A stretch of 62,069 bases of DNA, the filler included, from Globobulimina sp. (taxonomy: Eukaryota), in NCBI GenBank assembly GCA_003354225.1. It is 30 parts of 30 records of this genome, joined end to end, with 100 filler letters (N's around TTAATTAATTAA, not from the genome) between each part and the next. Parts side by side here need not be neighbours in the genome. Positions count along the whole stretch, not along the records: positions 10,373 to 12,346 come from PIVH01010085.1; positions 12,447 to 14,420 come from PIVH01010086.1; positions 14,521 to 16,493 come from PIVH01010087.1; positions 16,594 to 18,566 come from PIVH01010088.1; positions 18,667 to 20,639 come from PIVH01010089.1; positions 20,740 to 22,712 come from PIVH01010090.1; 24 more parts are not named here. One strand, given 5' to 3'. The notes below the pieces were generated by a model. It saw nothing but the letters and a program-made list of their open reading frames with translations, did not search any database and was not told the DNA's origin. Positions 10,642 through 21,714 of the stretch are shown here, in pieces (the first letter of the stretch is position 1; each line of letters starts with the position of its first letter). A program made the translations under genes and the position numbers.

Positions 10642-12288
10642 TCAGTACGAGGTGCCTCCATAAGAAACTAAATCAGTTGATTGATGTCCAAAAAGTTCAA
10701 TATATCGTTTTTGTCTCTTTCTTGCCTTAACAAAGCGAGATGCAATAACTCCAACAACCAAAATCACCAAAACTGCTCCAACAATAATTAGTACTAATTC
10801 CCAGGTTTCCAATACTTTCTCATCCGATCCTTTTTTATTAACATACTCTTCCAAATATTTATTCATATTTTCTTGATTCTCATTTAACCAAACAATATTA
10901 CTTCCAATTTGTTCCAATGTCGAATTAACAGTATCACCGTAATCAGTCATCACAGCATCTCTACTAAAATAAAAATCTCGTATTCTCTCCGCATGCATTT
11001 CATGTGCAAAATTAATTGGTATTTGAATCAATGTATCTATACTTAATCCATTTGCATATAAAAAATCCCAAACACCACCAAATTCCAATTTATTCCAAAC
11101 AGCATTAAGATTTGAGCAGGTCGATAAATAATTAAACCCAACAACTTGTAAAGATGCAGCAACATGGTCTAATATAAAATTATATGCTGTATTTGTAAAA
11201 TTATTATCAACATATAACACAACAAATGCTTGTAATATATTTCGTTGTTGTTGATTGTTACAGTCTGCAAATACTGATACAACATTACTTAAAATATTAT
11301 AATCATTGACAGAAAATGATGCCTCCAACACTGCTGTAACCAAATTGGATGTAATTATTTTATTTGATGACATATCAATATATCCGTCCGATGTTAACGG
11401 GATTGTTCCATCATTCTCACGCATTATATCTGACAATAAATTATATCCAAAACTGATCACATTTCGATCTTGGAAACGGATCAATGCCAAAATAACAGCG
11501 TTTCTTAATCTTAATATATGCTCAGAATCTGAGGCATCTTCATTCCATTCATGTACATCGGCATAAATAGGCTTTAATAAATCTCGTGCAAATTGCCGGA
11601 AATTAGGTATTAAATTAGAATCGTTTAGAGATTGACAAAATTTATCATCGATATCATATAACGATTCAATTATAATTTGCCATAATTGATAGGATAATTC
11701 CTCTCTCTCTTGATGCTCAATGGATATTTTATGATTTATTTTATATAATAAATCTAAATATGCTTCTCCATCAATGTAATTATGAAACATTAACGATGCA
11801 TAATCCGCAATCACATTATACTGACTCCAATATGGAATATACTGGAAATTAGACACAATCAAATCCATCGTCTCGCAATCATAACTTGTTCGAAAATGAT
11901 TTATTAATTCTGTATTAAACAAATAATATTCTGCCTTATTGCTTTCATTTACTGTCCTATTCATAGCAAACACATCATATTCGACATTAAAAGTACCAAA
12001 TCGATGCACCACCTCAGGCATCGACGTCTGAACAATTAATGGTATATACCATACCTCATCATATACATCACCAGCAACAGAGACACTCTTTTTCACCATT
12101 CTGCACTGTGAAATAGTTACCAACACTGTGTCAGCAGCAGAATAATCAATGGATACATTCAACACAAGAATGGAAGGTGTATAAAACCAATACAACACAC
12201 TCAAAGCACCTGGAAGTGTGGAAAATCCCGAGGAATAAAAATTTCGCAAACGATCTAATATATCTGACAGTGGCAGAGGTAAATACAT
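10642..12288 (-). CDS. M1 aminopeptidase N-like C-terminal (ERAP1_C-like) region with a C-terminal TM helix, 5' partial
   Basis: WYIPL..YYLFN...HFRTSYD; LRLRNAVILAL; EQIGSNIVWL; hydrophobic helix followed by RFVKARKR. Confidence 0.65.
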   Translation of the reverse strand: MYLPLPLSDILDRLRNFYSSGFSTLPGALSVLYWFYTPSILVLNVSIDYSAADTVLVTISQCRMVKKSVSVAGDVYDEVWYIPLIVQTSMPEVVHRFGTFNVEYDVFAMNRTVNESNKAEYYLFNTELINHFRTSYDCETMDLIVSNFQYIPYWSQYNVIADYASLMFHNYIDGEAYLDLLYKINHKISIEHQEREELSYQLWQIIIESLYDIDDKFCQSLNDSNLIPNFRQFARDLLKPIYADVHEWNEDASDSEHILRLRNAVILALIRFQDRNVISFGYNLLSDIMRENDGTIPLTSDGYIDMSSNKIITSNLVTAVLEASFSVNDYNILSNVVSVFADCNNQQQRNILQAFVVLYVDNNFTNTAYNFILDHVAASLQVVGFNYLSTCSNLNAVWNKLEFGGVWDFLYANGLSIDTLIQIPINFAHEMHAERIRDFYFSRDAVMTDYGDTVNSTLEQIGSNIVWLNENQENMNKYLEEYVNKKGSDEKVLETWELVLIIVGAVLVILVVGVIASRFVKARKRQKRYIELFGHQSTDLVSYGGTSY

Positions 12289-12447
12289 TAATGTTTGTGA
12301 GATGTAACAGGTTGCCGTTAAATTTTTATCGGTTTCACACTGCGCGNNNNNNNNNNNNNNNNNNNNNNNNNNNNNNNNNNNNNNNNNNNNTTAATTAATT
12401 AANNNNNNNNNNNNNNNNNNNNNNNNNNNNNNNNNNNNNNNNNNNNC

Positions 12448-14367
12448 AAAGCAATCGTGTTAGATTCGTGCCGAAAGGTTTTGACTGCACCGATAACGAA
12501 AAGAGAATATTCATGGTTTAAAGAATATGTTTTTCCTTCAAGTTTATGGATGTTTAGAACCCCCCATGGCAATAAATATATGTATCAGGAGCTATTAAAT
12601 ATCGATAAAGATATGTCACACGACATTATTGATAGTATGGACTCTATTTATTGTCATTTACAAATTCATTCAAAATGGAAACAAGTATTGGATATTAACA
12701 ATGTATCATATGTATTGAGACAGGATCATGAAAGTGTTGGTTTATTAAAAACAAAAGGATTTAAAGATTTATTTGAAAGCAAAAGAGATGATGAAAAATC
12801 AGAAGATATGAAAAGTTACATTGACTCGAATTTAGCAATAAATATTTTAACCAGCACCGCAACAAATATTAATAATGAATTTCAAAATCATATTAAAACC
12901 ATAATGAGTCATTATGGCAGTTTTAAACCCGGACCAACGAAAAAAGTGCAAAGATGTGTGTCCAAATTGGAGAATGATTACCACAAATCTGCTTGGCCAA
13001 AATCTGCCAAATTATTGGATTTAGTTCGCTGTTCTGTTGCTTTTAATACTGTGGATCAGTTAATTGTGGGTTTTAACAATTTAATAAAACATATTGACAA
13101 AAATCAAAGTATTATTGAATTAGCAAGAATTAAAAATGGTTTTACAGATAAAACACAAAATGGATATCGTGATATTAAAGTAAATGTTATTTATAAATCA
13201 CAAATTACTTTCGGATTGAACATGATATGTGAAATACAATTATTACTCGTACAATATTTGGAAGAAAAGAAACGAATACACAAATTATACAGTATTTTAA
13301 GAGAAGAATTATATTTTCAAATGGTTGTACAAGAAGAAAAGAAAGAATTGCAAACAACTGAGAGCTTAAAAGATTTAAATATTATTCCTTTATTGAATGT
13401 GTCTGAACAGGTTTCAATGCATTTGAGTTATACAGAGAATGGAATTGATGGATGGCTATTTGGTAAATGTTCGGTCGATTCAGAGTTCGGTTTATTGGGC
13501 ATGGAAGGACAGGATTGGTTCGGTGTTTTTGATATGGAAACAAAGCAATCAATATTTGAAACAAAAAGAGATTCACCGAGACATCCATGGTATGCCAGAC
13601 AATCTCATTCATTTATAACAATTAATAAAGAAAAATATGTATCCGTGCAAATGTCAAAAATACAGATTAAAATGTTTCAAATTACTGCAGAAAATAAATT
13701 AATTAACTTTATTGAAAATGAAAAATACACAATTAATTTGCCAACAGATAATATTATCAATTATTGTGCATTTGATTCGAACTTTGAAAGTATATTACTT
13801 ATTATTAATTATACGACCGTACAAAAGAGGTCAATGGGAAATATTAACAATATTACTGCGAGTATTACATTGCAAGAAAATATTACTCAATCAAGTTTTC
13901 GTCAATTAAATTTGTCATCGGATGGAAGTTTATGTGCTTTGGGTGGTGGCGGATCAACAAATTATTTTTATCTAATCGATATTAATAATAATAAACAATA
14001 TAAACTAACATCAAATGTATTAAGTGATACCTATGCACCATGTTTTATTAACGGTGATAATAAATTTATTTCAATTGGTGATAAAAAAGGTAGAATTGAA
14101 ATATGGGATTTAATTAATAAAAAAGCTATTAGAACAATAAAAATCGGCGTTAGTAAATGGATTACGGCAATGGCCTCAGCAAATAATATATTAGCTATTG
14201 GTGGTTATGAAAAACAATTGAGATTATATGATGTTACAAATTGGGAATGTTTTTATATTGAAAAATATGATACGGACGCTGGCTCTTTGCATTTAACCAA
14301 TGACTTAAAATATCTTACACTTTCTGGAATAGGCGGTGATGGATGTTTTGTACTAAAAATCGAATAA
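12448..14367 (+). CDS. RelA/SpoT-like (alarmone-synthetase-fold) nucleotidyltransferase domain fused to a C-terminal WD40 beta-propeller, 5' partial
   Basis: GPTKKVQRCVSK, LLDLVRCSVAF, RIKNGF, GYRDIKVNV, CEIQL and HKLYSILR at ~12931-13302. WD40 motifs IGDKKGRIEIWD and IGGYEKQLRLYD. Confidence 0.8.
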   Translation, partial: KAIVLDSCRKVLTAPITKREYSWFKEYVFPSSLWMFRTPHGNKYMYQELLNIDKDMSHDIIDSMDSIYCHLQIHSKWKQVLDINNVSYVLRQDHESVGLLKTKGFKDLFESKRDDEKSEDMKSYIDSNLAINILTSTATNINNEFQNHIKTIMSHYGSFKPGPTKKVQRCVSKLENDYHKSAWPKSAKLLDLVRCSVAFNTVDQLIVGFNNLIKHIDKNQSIIELARIKNGFTDKTQNGYRDIKVNVIYKSQITFGLNMICEIQLLLVQYLEEKKRIHKLYSILREELYFQMVVQEEKKELQTTESLKDLNIIPLLNVSEQVSMHLSYTENGIDGWLFGKCSVDSEFGLLGMEGQDWFGVFDMETKQSIFETKRDSPRHPWYARQSHSFITINKEKYVSVQMSKIQIKMFQITAENKLINFIENEKYTINLPTDNIINYCAFDSNFESILLIINYTTVQKRSMGNINNITASITLQENITQSSFRQLNLSSDGSLCALGGGGSTNYFYLIDINNNKQYKLTSNVLSDTYAPCFINGDNKFISIGDKKGRIEIWDLINKKAIRTIKIGVSKWITAMASANNILAIGGYEKQLRLYDVTNWECFYIEKYDTDAGSLHLTNDLKYLTLSGIGGDGCFVLKIE

Positions 14368-14520
14368 CTACAACAAAAAATGTCATTTAAAAAAACTATA
14401 TCATTCAATGACTTGATCTTNNNNNNNNNNNNNNNNNNNNNNNNNNNNNNNNNNNNNNNNNNNNTTAATTAATTAANNNNNNNNNNNNNNNNNNNNNNNN
14501 NNNNNNNNNNNNNNNNNNNN

Positions 14521-15451
14521 GCATTTAAATCATTTTGTATTGCTTTTTGATTGTCCGACGAAAAGGCAGTGCTCAATGCATCGGGTTGCAGCGATTGCGG
14601 CAATTCGTGTTTGTAATATCTTTCTCTTAAACTATCCAATCCATTAAGTTCATTGCCATTCATTCCATTTAATACTATATTATGTGATGGAATATGCGGA
14701 TTTAAAGGTGGCGATGAACCAACATCTGCATCCTCTTTAAAGTCCTTTTCTTCCTCTTCCTTATCCTCCCCATCATCATCATTATCACTTATATCTATAT
14801 CTATATCTATATCATCCATAGCATTTATATCCTCATTGATCAATGTTTCCGATGGTTGTTTATGTGCATACATTTTAAACATTGCCATAAATGGCGCATC
14901 GGGTTTTCGCTTTGTTTTGGCATTATTCACTCTGAATGGCACATAATATGGATCCACAGAGAATGGCTCATCTCCCTCCGAATCATCATGGTTCTGTGTC
15001 ATTTATTTTATTTGTTATCACTTATTACAGAAATTTCTGACAGCTTAACTTCATCCTCATCATCATTGGTCATATCATAGCTATAATTAGGATTTGTTGG
15101 GTCTAATAAGGAATATTTTATCTCTTCGCCGGTGTCTAACTGCTCATGTTTTAGTTCCTCATTATTGCCCTTTATGCCATTGTTGCCATTTTGTAGTGGT
15201 TTTGGTCGTTTTCGTCGATTATGATCTGAGATCTTTCTGTTTTTGTTTTTATTGAATCTCTGTGTAAATTCAAAATCTATATCTGGTTGCACATAATCTG
15301 GCAATGTATCTATGTCACTATCAATACCATTCGATGAGCGAGTTAAAAAATAAAGCAATGTGACTGCAACCACGCCCGCTGCGCCAAGAGATGCTTTTTT
15401 ATTTTCCAATAGTTTCTGTTGCACCAACTGCCAATCCAGATTATTAAACAT
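14521..15451 (-). CDS. Protein with an N-terminal membrane anchor and acidic disordered region, 3' partial; intron 14994-15049
   Basis: Anchor GAAGVVAVTLLYFL; a phase-0 GT-AG intron joins the two ORFs. Confidence 0.55.
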
Positions 15452-15832
15452 TATTTCAATATTTCCCAAGTTAACTTCACTAAAAAAAACATTCATCAAA
15501 AATCAAGCTCTTACTTCGCCTATCATCCTCTCGTTCATCACATACTTGGATATCACCATTCGAAACCATACCAATTGAATACTCAATTTTTCTATCAAAC
15601 TAAATAAGTTAATTGCTTTCTTACAGTTCATGACCAATTTACCTTACATTACATTTGCAAATTGCAATCGCGTGCATTGCCAACCTTCGACGATACCAAA
15701 TGAATCATACAATTTATCAATTTTTTTGGAAAAATGCGCGTTTGCTATCGTTGTTGTTTGCGATTTTTGCAATTTGTTTCTGAAAAAAATCCATTTGCAA
15801 AACGTTTGAACTGCGAATACATAGAAAATAAA

Positions 15833-16282
15833 ATGGCCAAAGGCAAAGCCAAAGGTAAAGGTGGAAAAGGAAAAGGAAAAGGTGGCAAAGGAAAAGGCAA
15901 AGCAGTGAGCGGTAAACAAATATCTCGATCGCAAAGAGCCGGTTTACAATTCCCAGTCGGTCGCATTGCGCGTAAAATGAGACAGGGCGGCTATTCGAGC
16001 AGAATTGGTGGCGGTGCCCCGGTCTATTTAGCCTCGGTTATGGAATATTTGACTGCCGAATTATTGGAATTAGCTGGAAACGCAGCTAAGGACAATAAAA
16101 AACAAAGAATTACGCCAAGACATATTATGTTGGCTGTCAAAAATGATGATGAATTGTCTACGTTGCTCAGAAATGTTACCATTACAAATGCCGGTGTATT
16201 ACCAAACATTCATTCCAATTTATTACCTGCAAAAAAGAAAAAAGAAAACAAAAGAAAATTAGCCAGCTCCATGGAATACTAA
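15833..16282 (+). CDS. H2A: Histone H2A (GK-repeat N-tail; H2A.X-like C-terminus SMEY)
   Basis: [54 protein letters not shown]. Confidence 0.97.
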   Translation: MAKGKAKGKGGKGKGKGGKGKGKAVSGKQISRSQRAGLQFPVGRIARKMRQGGYSSRIGGGAPVYLASVMEYLTAELLELAGNAAKDNKKQRITPRHIMLAVKNDDELSTLLRNVTITNAGVLPNIHSNLLPAKKKKENKRKLASSMEY

Positions 16283-16481
16283 TCAAGTGACATTAAATGA
16301 CATTTTGTAAGTTGCTTTTTTGTGGTGTTGGTGTTTTGTAAGTTTTTTTATTTATTCATTAAGTTAATTTAAATTAAATAATTGTTGTAACTCCTAAAGT
16401 CCCCTAAACCAAAGATACAAATAATCATCAAATTAGTGCACGACTGGCTATGTTTGAATCATTTTACATTTTCAAGTCTCA

Positions 16482-16492
16482 GTGCAAGGATA
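16482..16492 (+). promoter_or_regulatory. GTGCAAGGATA motif, copy 2
   Basis: 199 nt after the H2A stop; the contig ends one base later. Confidence 0.5.
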
Positions 16493-16593
16493 ANNNNNNN
16501 NNNNNNNNNNNNNNNNNNNNNNNNNNNNNNNNNNNNNTTAATTAATTAANNNNNNNNNNNNNNNNNNNNNNNNNNNNNNNNNNNNNNNNNNNN

Positions 16594-17299
16594 GAGATGC
16601 TGTGATCTATGGTTTGGTAAAGATGTTTGCGTTGAAAATGATTCTTAACAAATACGAGTTTATATGATATTTGTTATTTTGTATACAATACATATTGATA
16701 GATTTATTCATATCGTATTGACCGACGGTATGGATAATAAATCAAGCCACTCTCCACAAGAAATCAAAGACATGTTTCAATTGATTGGAGCCAAACTTGG
16801 TGCGGCTTATGGGAAGACATTTTTTATTGGCATTGATTTGGGCGTTTCTCAAAAAGCAGCATTACAAAATATTGCTGATATTGCTGGGGATGCAGCGGAG
16901 TTACTTCATTGTCAAGATGTTGAGCTGAAGGATGTTTTTGAAAGAATTAAGATCAATGTTGGTTTACAAAGGAGAGTTTTGGCTGTTTCAGATGGAGTGA
17001 ATGCTGTGGTTATGAGTGAGGATCGATTATTTTTGCAACCGGAAAGACAGAAATTTTTAGTGTTGTTCTCGTTGGGTAAAAGTGGTTCTATGAGTGGAAA
17101 GCGATGGGATATATTACAAACTGCTTTGGATTCGTTTTTTCATGGTTTGGATGCATCGGATATCATTGGATGTGTGTTGTTTAATGATGAAGTTAATGTA
17201 TCACAGAATGAGTGCTTTCATATAAGTGCACCCATTCTAGTGATGCAAACCCAACATGTATTATATTTATATACGTTATTATTTTGTGTCTTTAATTAA
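16594..17299 (+). CDS. von Willebrand A domain protein, 5' partial
   Basis: HIVLTDGMDNKS and FFIGID; a second partial vWA start LVLFSLGKSGSM..IGCVLFNDE. Confidence 0.65.
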
Positions 17300-17412
17300 T
17301 TTTACTTTATAGTTATTATATTAAAACAATGAAACTTGAGATGAGTGAGAGAGGGGTATTTTATTTATCTGAAAAACCGTTTTCGTAGCCCAGTGCACAG
17401 TAAACCAGAACC

Positions 17413-18246
17413 ATGCCTTCGAATTCTTTTCAACGTCAAAAAGCCAGCCTCAAACGCAAAATACAGGCCTCATTGCTCTTTATCGCCTGCGCCTTAGCTC
17501 TCTTGATATACAGTTATCAATATTTCCTCAGCCCCTCTGAGTCTGATGCCTCTCCTTCACAAAGGAAATTAATCTCAACCAATGGTTATTACATCGAATC
17601 ATTAAACGAGTTCCCTCCTTTACCCTTTAGCTATCAACAAATCAAAGACTGGGCGTGGATCCTATACTTCATCGGCATGTTTTACACCTTCGTCGGCATA
17701 GCAATTATCTGCGATGACTATTTCGTTCCAGTCGTTGAAATCATAGCCATCAAATTGAATATGACCGAAGACACAGCGGGGGCCACATGGCTCGCCATCG
17801 GCACCTCAGCTCCTGAATTATTCACCGCCTTCGTGGGCACATTCGTGGCTCAGTCAGACGTCGGCTTTGGTACAATTATCGGCAGCGCAGTGTTCAACGT
17901 ATTACTTATCATCGGAGCCTGCGCCATTTTCACTGCGGGCGATCTCAAATTGCAGTGGTGGTCCTTCGTGAGGGACTGTCTATTTTTTCTGATCTCGCTG
18001 GGCTTCCTGGCCATGTTCGCCGGCGGCGTATCCAAACACGAAATGTATTGGTGGGAATGTCTCGTTTTGCTCCTATTATACGTACTTTATGTAGTTTTGA
18101 TGAAATACAACACGAGAATCAAGGACTGGTTCTTCAACAAATATGTGTACAGCAAGCACGAGAAGCAATTGTTAGAGCAAAAGGACGCCAATGGCACTGA
18201 TTATACCCTTCTCCCTTTGGGTGATGGCTATAATCAGTGCCATTGA
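17413..18246 (+). CDS. K+-dependent Na+/Ca2+ exchanger (NCKX/SLC24), N-terminal half only; truncated at a probable chimeric junction
   Basis: AIICDDYFVP; alpha-1 repeat DTAGATWLAIGTSAPELF; GTIIGSAVFNVL; RD motif. Confidence 0.88.
   Translation: MPSNSFQRQKASLKRKIQASLLFIACALALLIYSYQYFLSPSESDASPSQRKLISTNGYYIESLNEFPPLPFSYQQIKDWAWILYFIGMFYTFVGIAIICDDYFVPVVEIIAIKLNMTEDTAGATWLAIGTSAPELFTAFVGTFVAQSDVGFGTIIGSAVFNVLLIIGACAIFTAGDLKLQWWSFVRDCLFFLISLGFLAMFAGGVSKHEMYWWECLVLLLLYVLYVVLMKYNTRIKDWFFNKYVYSKHEKQLLEQKDANGTDYTLLPLGDGYNQCH
18189..18245. repeat. Perfect 17-bp inverted repeat with a 23-nt spacer
   Basis: CAATGGCACTGATTATA (18189-18205) and TATAATCAGTGCCATTG (18229-18245). Confidence 0.9.
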
Positions 18247-18262
18247 CAACAGCCCCCTTTCT

Positions 18263-18566
18263 TCAGAGATAGAGCCCTACGCCAAATACGACCCCTCCGA
18301 ATAAAGCAGCCACGGGTAAAGTAATTAGCCACGATAGTAGAATCTTATTGATCATGCTCACATCTGCCTGCCTGGAGATTAATCCTATACCAAAGATCGC
18401 GCCAACCGAAACATGAGTAGTGGATACCGGGACACCATGGCGGCTGGCGAAAAGAACAAGCATCGCGGTGACCAGATTTGCTGAAAAACCCTGCCCATGA
18501 TTAAGCTGTGTTATTTTGTCACCGATGGTCTCTGCGACTTTTCTGGCGTTCAGTATGCCGCCCAAG
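18263..18566 (-). CDS. PiT-family inorganic phosphate transporter C-terminus, bacterial-type, 5' partial
   Basis: RKVAETIG..IT.L; GVPVSTTHVSVGAIFGIG; SWLITLPVAA; SD-like AAAGGGGG and an ATG follow the stop. Confidence 0.85.
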
Positions 18567-18666
18567 NNNNNNNNNNNNNNNNNNNNNNNNNNNNNNNNNN
18601 NNNNNNNNNNTTAATTAATTAANNNNNNNNNNNNNNNNNNNNNNNNNNNNNNNNNNNNNNNNNNNN

Positions 18667-20425
18667 AGCAACCATTTTCACAGATTTCGAAACCTCTAAA
18701 CTTCAGCAACCGTTTTCAAAGATTTCGAAATCTTCCACGCCAACTTGGCCATAAACGACTCATTCCGCGGCTTAAATTTCCCCAAAATCCCAGCACGCAA
18801 AGGCCCAATGTCCAATATCGACGATTATTTAGCCTCCAAACAAAACGAATACACCCAATACTTATCAGAAATATTACATCGATCCATCTTATTAGGAAAT
18901 AAAGAGATTTTAGATTTTATCCAAGCGCCTGAAAAAGTGCGTCGCGCCGCTAAAAAAGTGATGGATAACGAAACTATTCCGGTGAAATCTGGCCAAATGA
19001 AGAAAGAAGGCGAGAAATGGAAGGGATATCGCAGCCGCTTTTTCGTGTTATTACCCAATTATTTATTGCAATATTTCGAGAATGCGGACGCTTATCAAAT
19101 TGGTATACAGTGTAAGGGCTCAATTGATTTAACATTGGCCACTAAAATACTTGTTTACGACAAGACGTCCAATCCATATTCGATGGGCATTAAGACGCCA
19201 AATAGGATTTGGAAATTGCAATGTGAGACGGAATCGGAACGGGATGAATGGGTACAAGCATTGAGGTAAACTGTGTATTTTTTAGTTAATGCGATTTTGA
19301 AAACAAATTTAAAAAACAAACTAAAAAAAAATTGTTGTTTAAAATGTGTTTCAGTTTGAAACTAGTTCATTTTGCAGTTTTTTTGACGTTTTTCAGTTTG
19401 AAACTGATTGTTATTTGTTGATATATACAAATATAAATGTACAAAAACCAAATAAATAGAAATTTATTACAAAATCCATCGTATACCGGCTATATTATGG
19501 ATTACAATGATTTTAAGAATAAGCACCAAAGCCACATGAATGGGAATATTAAAGTGGAGCAACAACAAGAAAGTAAGGATAATGTGGTGGATCGAGCCCG
19601 TTTACAACAACAAGACCAACAAATCAATCGCTTGAATCAAAGAATTCAATTCCTTCTAAATAAACAAAACTCACAAAACGCCCAAAATGAACAATTTAAA
19701 GACGATGTTGGCAACGAATATAAACAACAATTAGGTACATTATTAATTGCTCCCTTTTCCGTTTCCAACTCATTCAAAATTACTTTGCACGCCAAATGCA
19801 CACAGATTTACAAAGGGAGACAATGACGAAATGGAAGGAGAAAATCCAGGAATTATCGCAAGAGATAGTAAACATTGAACAAACGCGGCAAGAAACAGAC
19901 AAAGAATATAAAAAAAATATAGCTGAGTTGAATGCGATTATCGCGGATAAAGACTTGGAGATTGCAGATAAGGCAGATGTGCTCAGTAAGGCAGAGGACG
20001 ACGTCAAGATAATGGAGACCGCCATCACGAAGTTATCAAAAGATTTAAGCAATGCAAAGGATAAAATGATGGCTGTCCATGACGTATTGTATAAAGTGCA
20101 GGGAGACACTGTGGGGAAATTGAAATATAGCAAGATATCCAAGAAAGTGGTTGTTTTTATCAATAAATGTAACCATTTATTTTATTATGATTATGGCGGG
20201 AATAAAAACCAAGAACAGAAATATATTCTTGTGCGCGAGGTATCGATCAATGAGAACAGTATACAAAAAGAAATGAATAAGCCATGGTTTTTAATCCGTG
20301 GGGAAAAAAGAATTGCAGTGTTTGGTGCGGATGATGAGAAGGTGAGGGATAAATGGGTTAGTTTTATTAAAAAAGCCTTAAAAAAAGGTATCGATGGGAA
20401 TGTGGATGAAAAAACGGATGAATAA
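18667..20425 (+). CDS. PX-like + PH + coiled-coil + PH protein, 5' partial; two predicted introns (donors 19266 and 19735)
   Basis: FPKIP..LSEIL..EILDFI; KSGQMKKEG..RSRFFVL..KTPNRIWKLQCETESERDEWV; second PH ..ADDEKVRDKWVSFI. Confidence 0.75.
19352..19407. repeat. Pair of palindromic TCAGTTTGAAACTGA-type units inside an intron
   Basis: Copies at 19352-19363 and 19393-19407; the same unit is paired at 58173-58211. Confidence 0.6.
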
Positions 20426-20851
20426 GTGATTTATTATTGGTTCTTTTTTAGCATATTTTGTTTTAATTTTAATATTTTTTTTTCTTTTTTGTTGATGTTT
20501 TGTTAATTTTGTATTATATTAAAAAAAGAAATTTAAGTGATTTTATCGACCATACGGAACGTTATTTAGTACCGTCCCTAGTTGAATTATTTTAACATTG
20601 GTTGGCAATATAAGGCGTACGGTATTGGCGATTTGCTCTNNNNNNNNNNNNNNNNNNNNNNNNNNNNNNNNNNNNNNNNNNNNTTAATTAATTAANNNNN
20701 NNNNNNNNNNNNNNNNNNNNNNNNNNNNNNNNNNNNNNNCTACTTAGTGCTTCAGCATTGCAACACGCTCCCATTGTTTAGTTTGGTTTTTTCAAAAAAT
20801 GTCTGCTTAAATTATCTGTATGTTCAGGAAAGTAACCACTTGGATATTTTC

Positions 20852-21623
20852 ATGATGAGTTTGAATTTGCTTAAAAATATGTATTTATTTGCATTTAATA
20901 TTATATTATGTGTAGGATGGATTTATATTTTATGTTTGACACTTCCTTATTTATCAGCAAATCCAGACTATGAAAAATTTGAATTAATTATACAGAAACC
21001 TTTACAAATGGTACAAACAATGGCTTTGATGGAAATACTACATATCATGTTTAAATTGGTCAAATCCAATTTATTTACTATAATGAACATTGCTTCGCAT
21101 CTATTTGTTGTATGGTTGGTGTTTTATTACAAAGATTTATATCAATTAAGCACTGGTGATATACATACAAAAAACATACCATATGGCTCAGATTTCGAAG
21201 TTGGTCTTTCAGGCTGTTGCTTATCATGGTCTTGTGTTGAAATATCACGGTATTTGTTCAATGCGTTGGATATTTATGGAATATCGCCTTATTTTCTGAC
21301 ACGAAATAGATACAGTTTATTTACAATTTTCTATCCATGCGGAATCACATCGGAATTATATAGCATTTGGAAAATGAGACAAAACGTAAACCCGTTATGT
21401 TGGGCAATCGTTCTACGAAAGCAATATCATTTTGGATTTAGCTACAAAGCACTGATAACATGGTTTTTATGTTTCTATGCTTTATGTTAAGTATTTTATA
21501 CAATACAAATAAAAATATGCTGATTTCAATAATAAATAAACAGTTCCGCCACTTTTTTATAAATATATGATCAATCAAAGAACAAAAGCATTGAATAAAC
21601 TGACGAGGCAAAAAGTTGATTGA
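20852..21623 (+). CDS. Very-long-chain 3-hydroxyacyl-CoA dehydratase (HACD/PHS1/PTPLA); intron 21486-21543
   Basis: VQTMALMEILH; SWSCVEISRY; RYSLFTIFYPCGITSE; spliced tail FPPLFYKYMINQRTKAL. Confidence 0.88.
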
Positions 21624-21654
21624 ATATTATTTGTTGTGTTTTTATGTAAATAAT

Positions 21655-21665
21655 GTGCAAGGATA
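21655..21665 (+). promoter_or_regulatory. GTGCAAGGATA motif, copy 3
   Basis: 31 nt after the HACD stop and 49 nt before the next ATG. Confidence 0.5.
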
Positions 21666-21714
21666 ATCATTAAAAGTTTGACTCTTTTCATCAACAATCT
21701 AAATCAGTGTTTTA

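Noticed and set aside
15734-15832. 33-aa N-terminal extension of H2A in the ORF track
   Set aside because: It starts at a non-ATG codon; ATG 15833 in an A-rich context is the plausible start.
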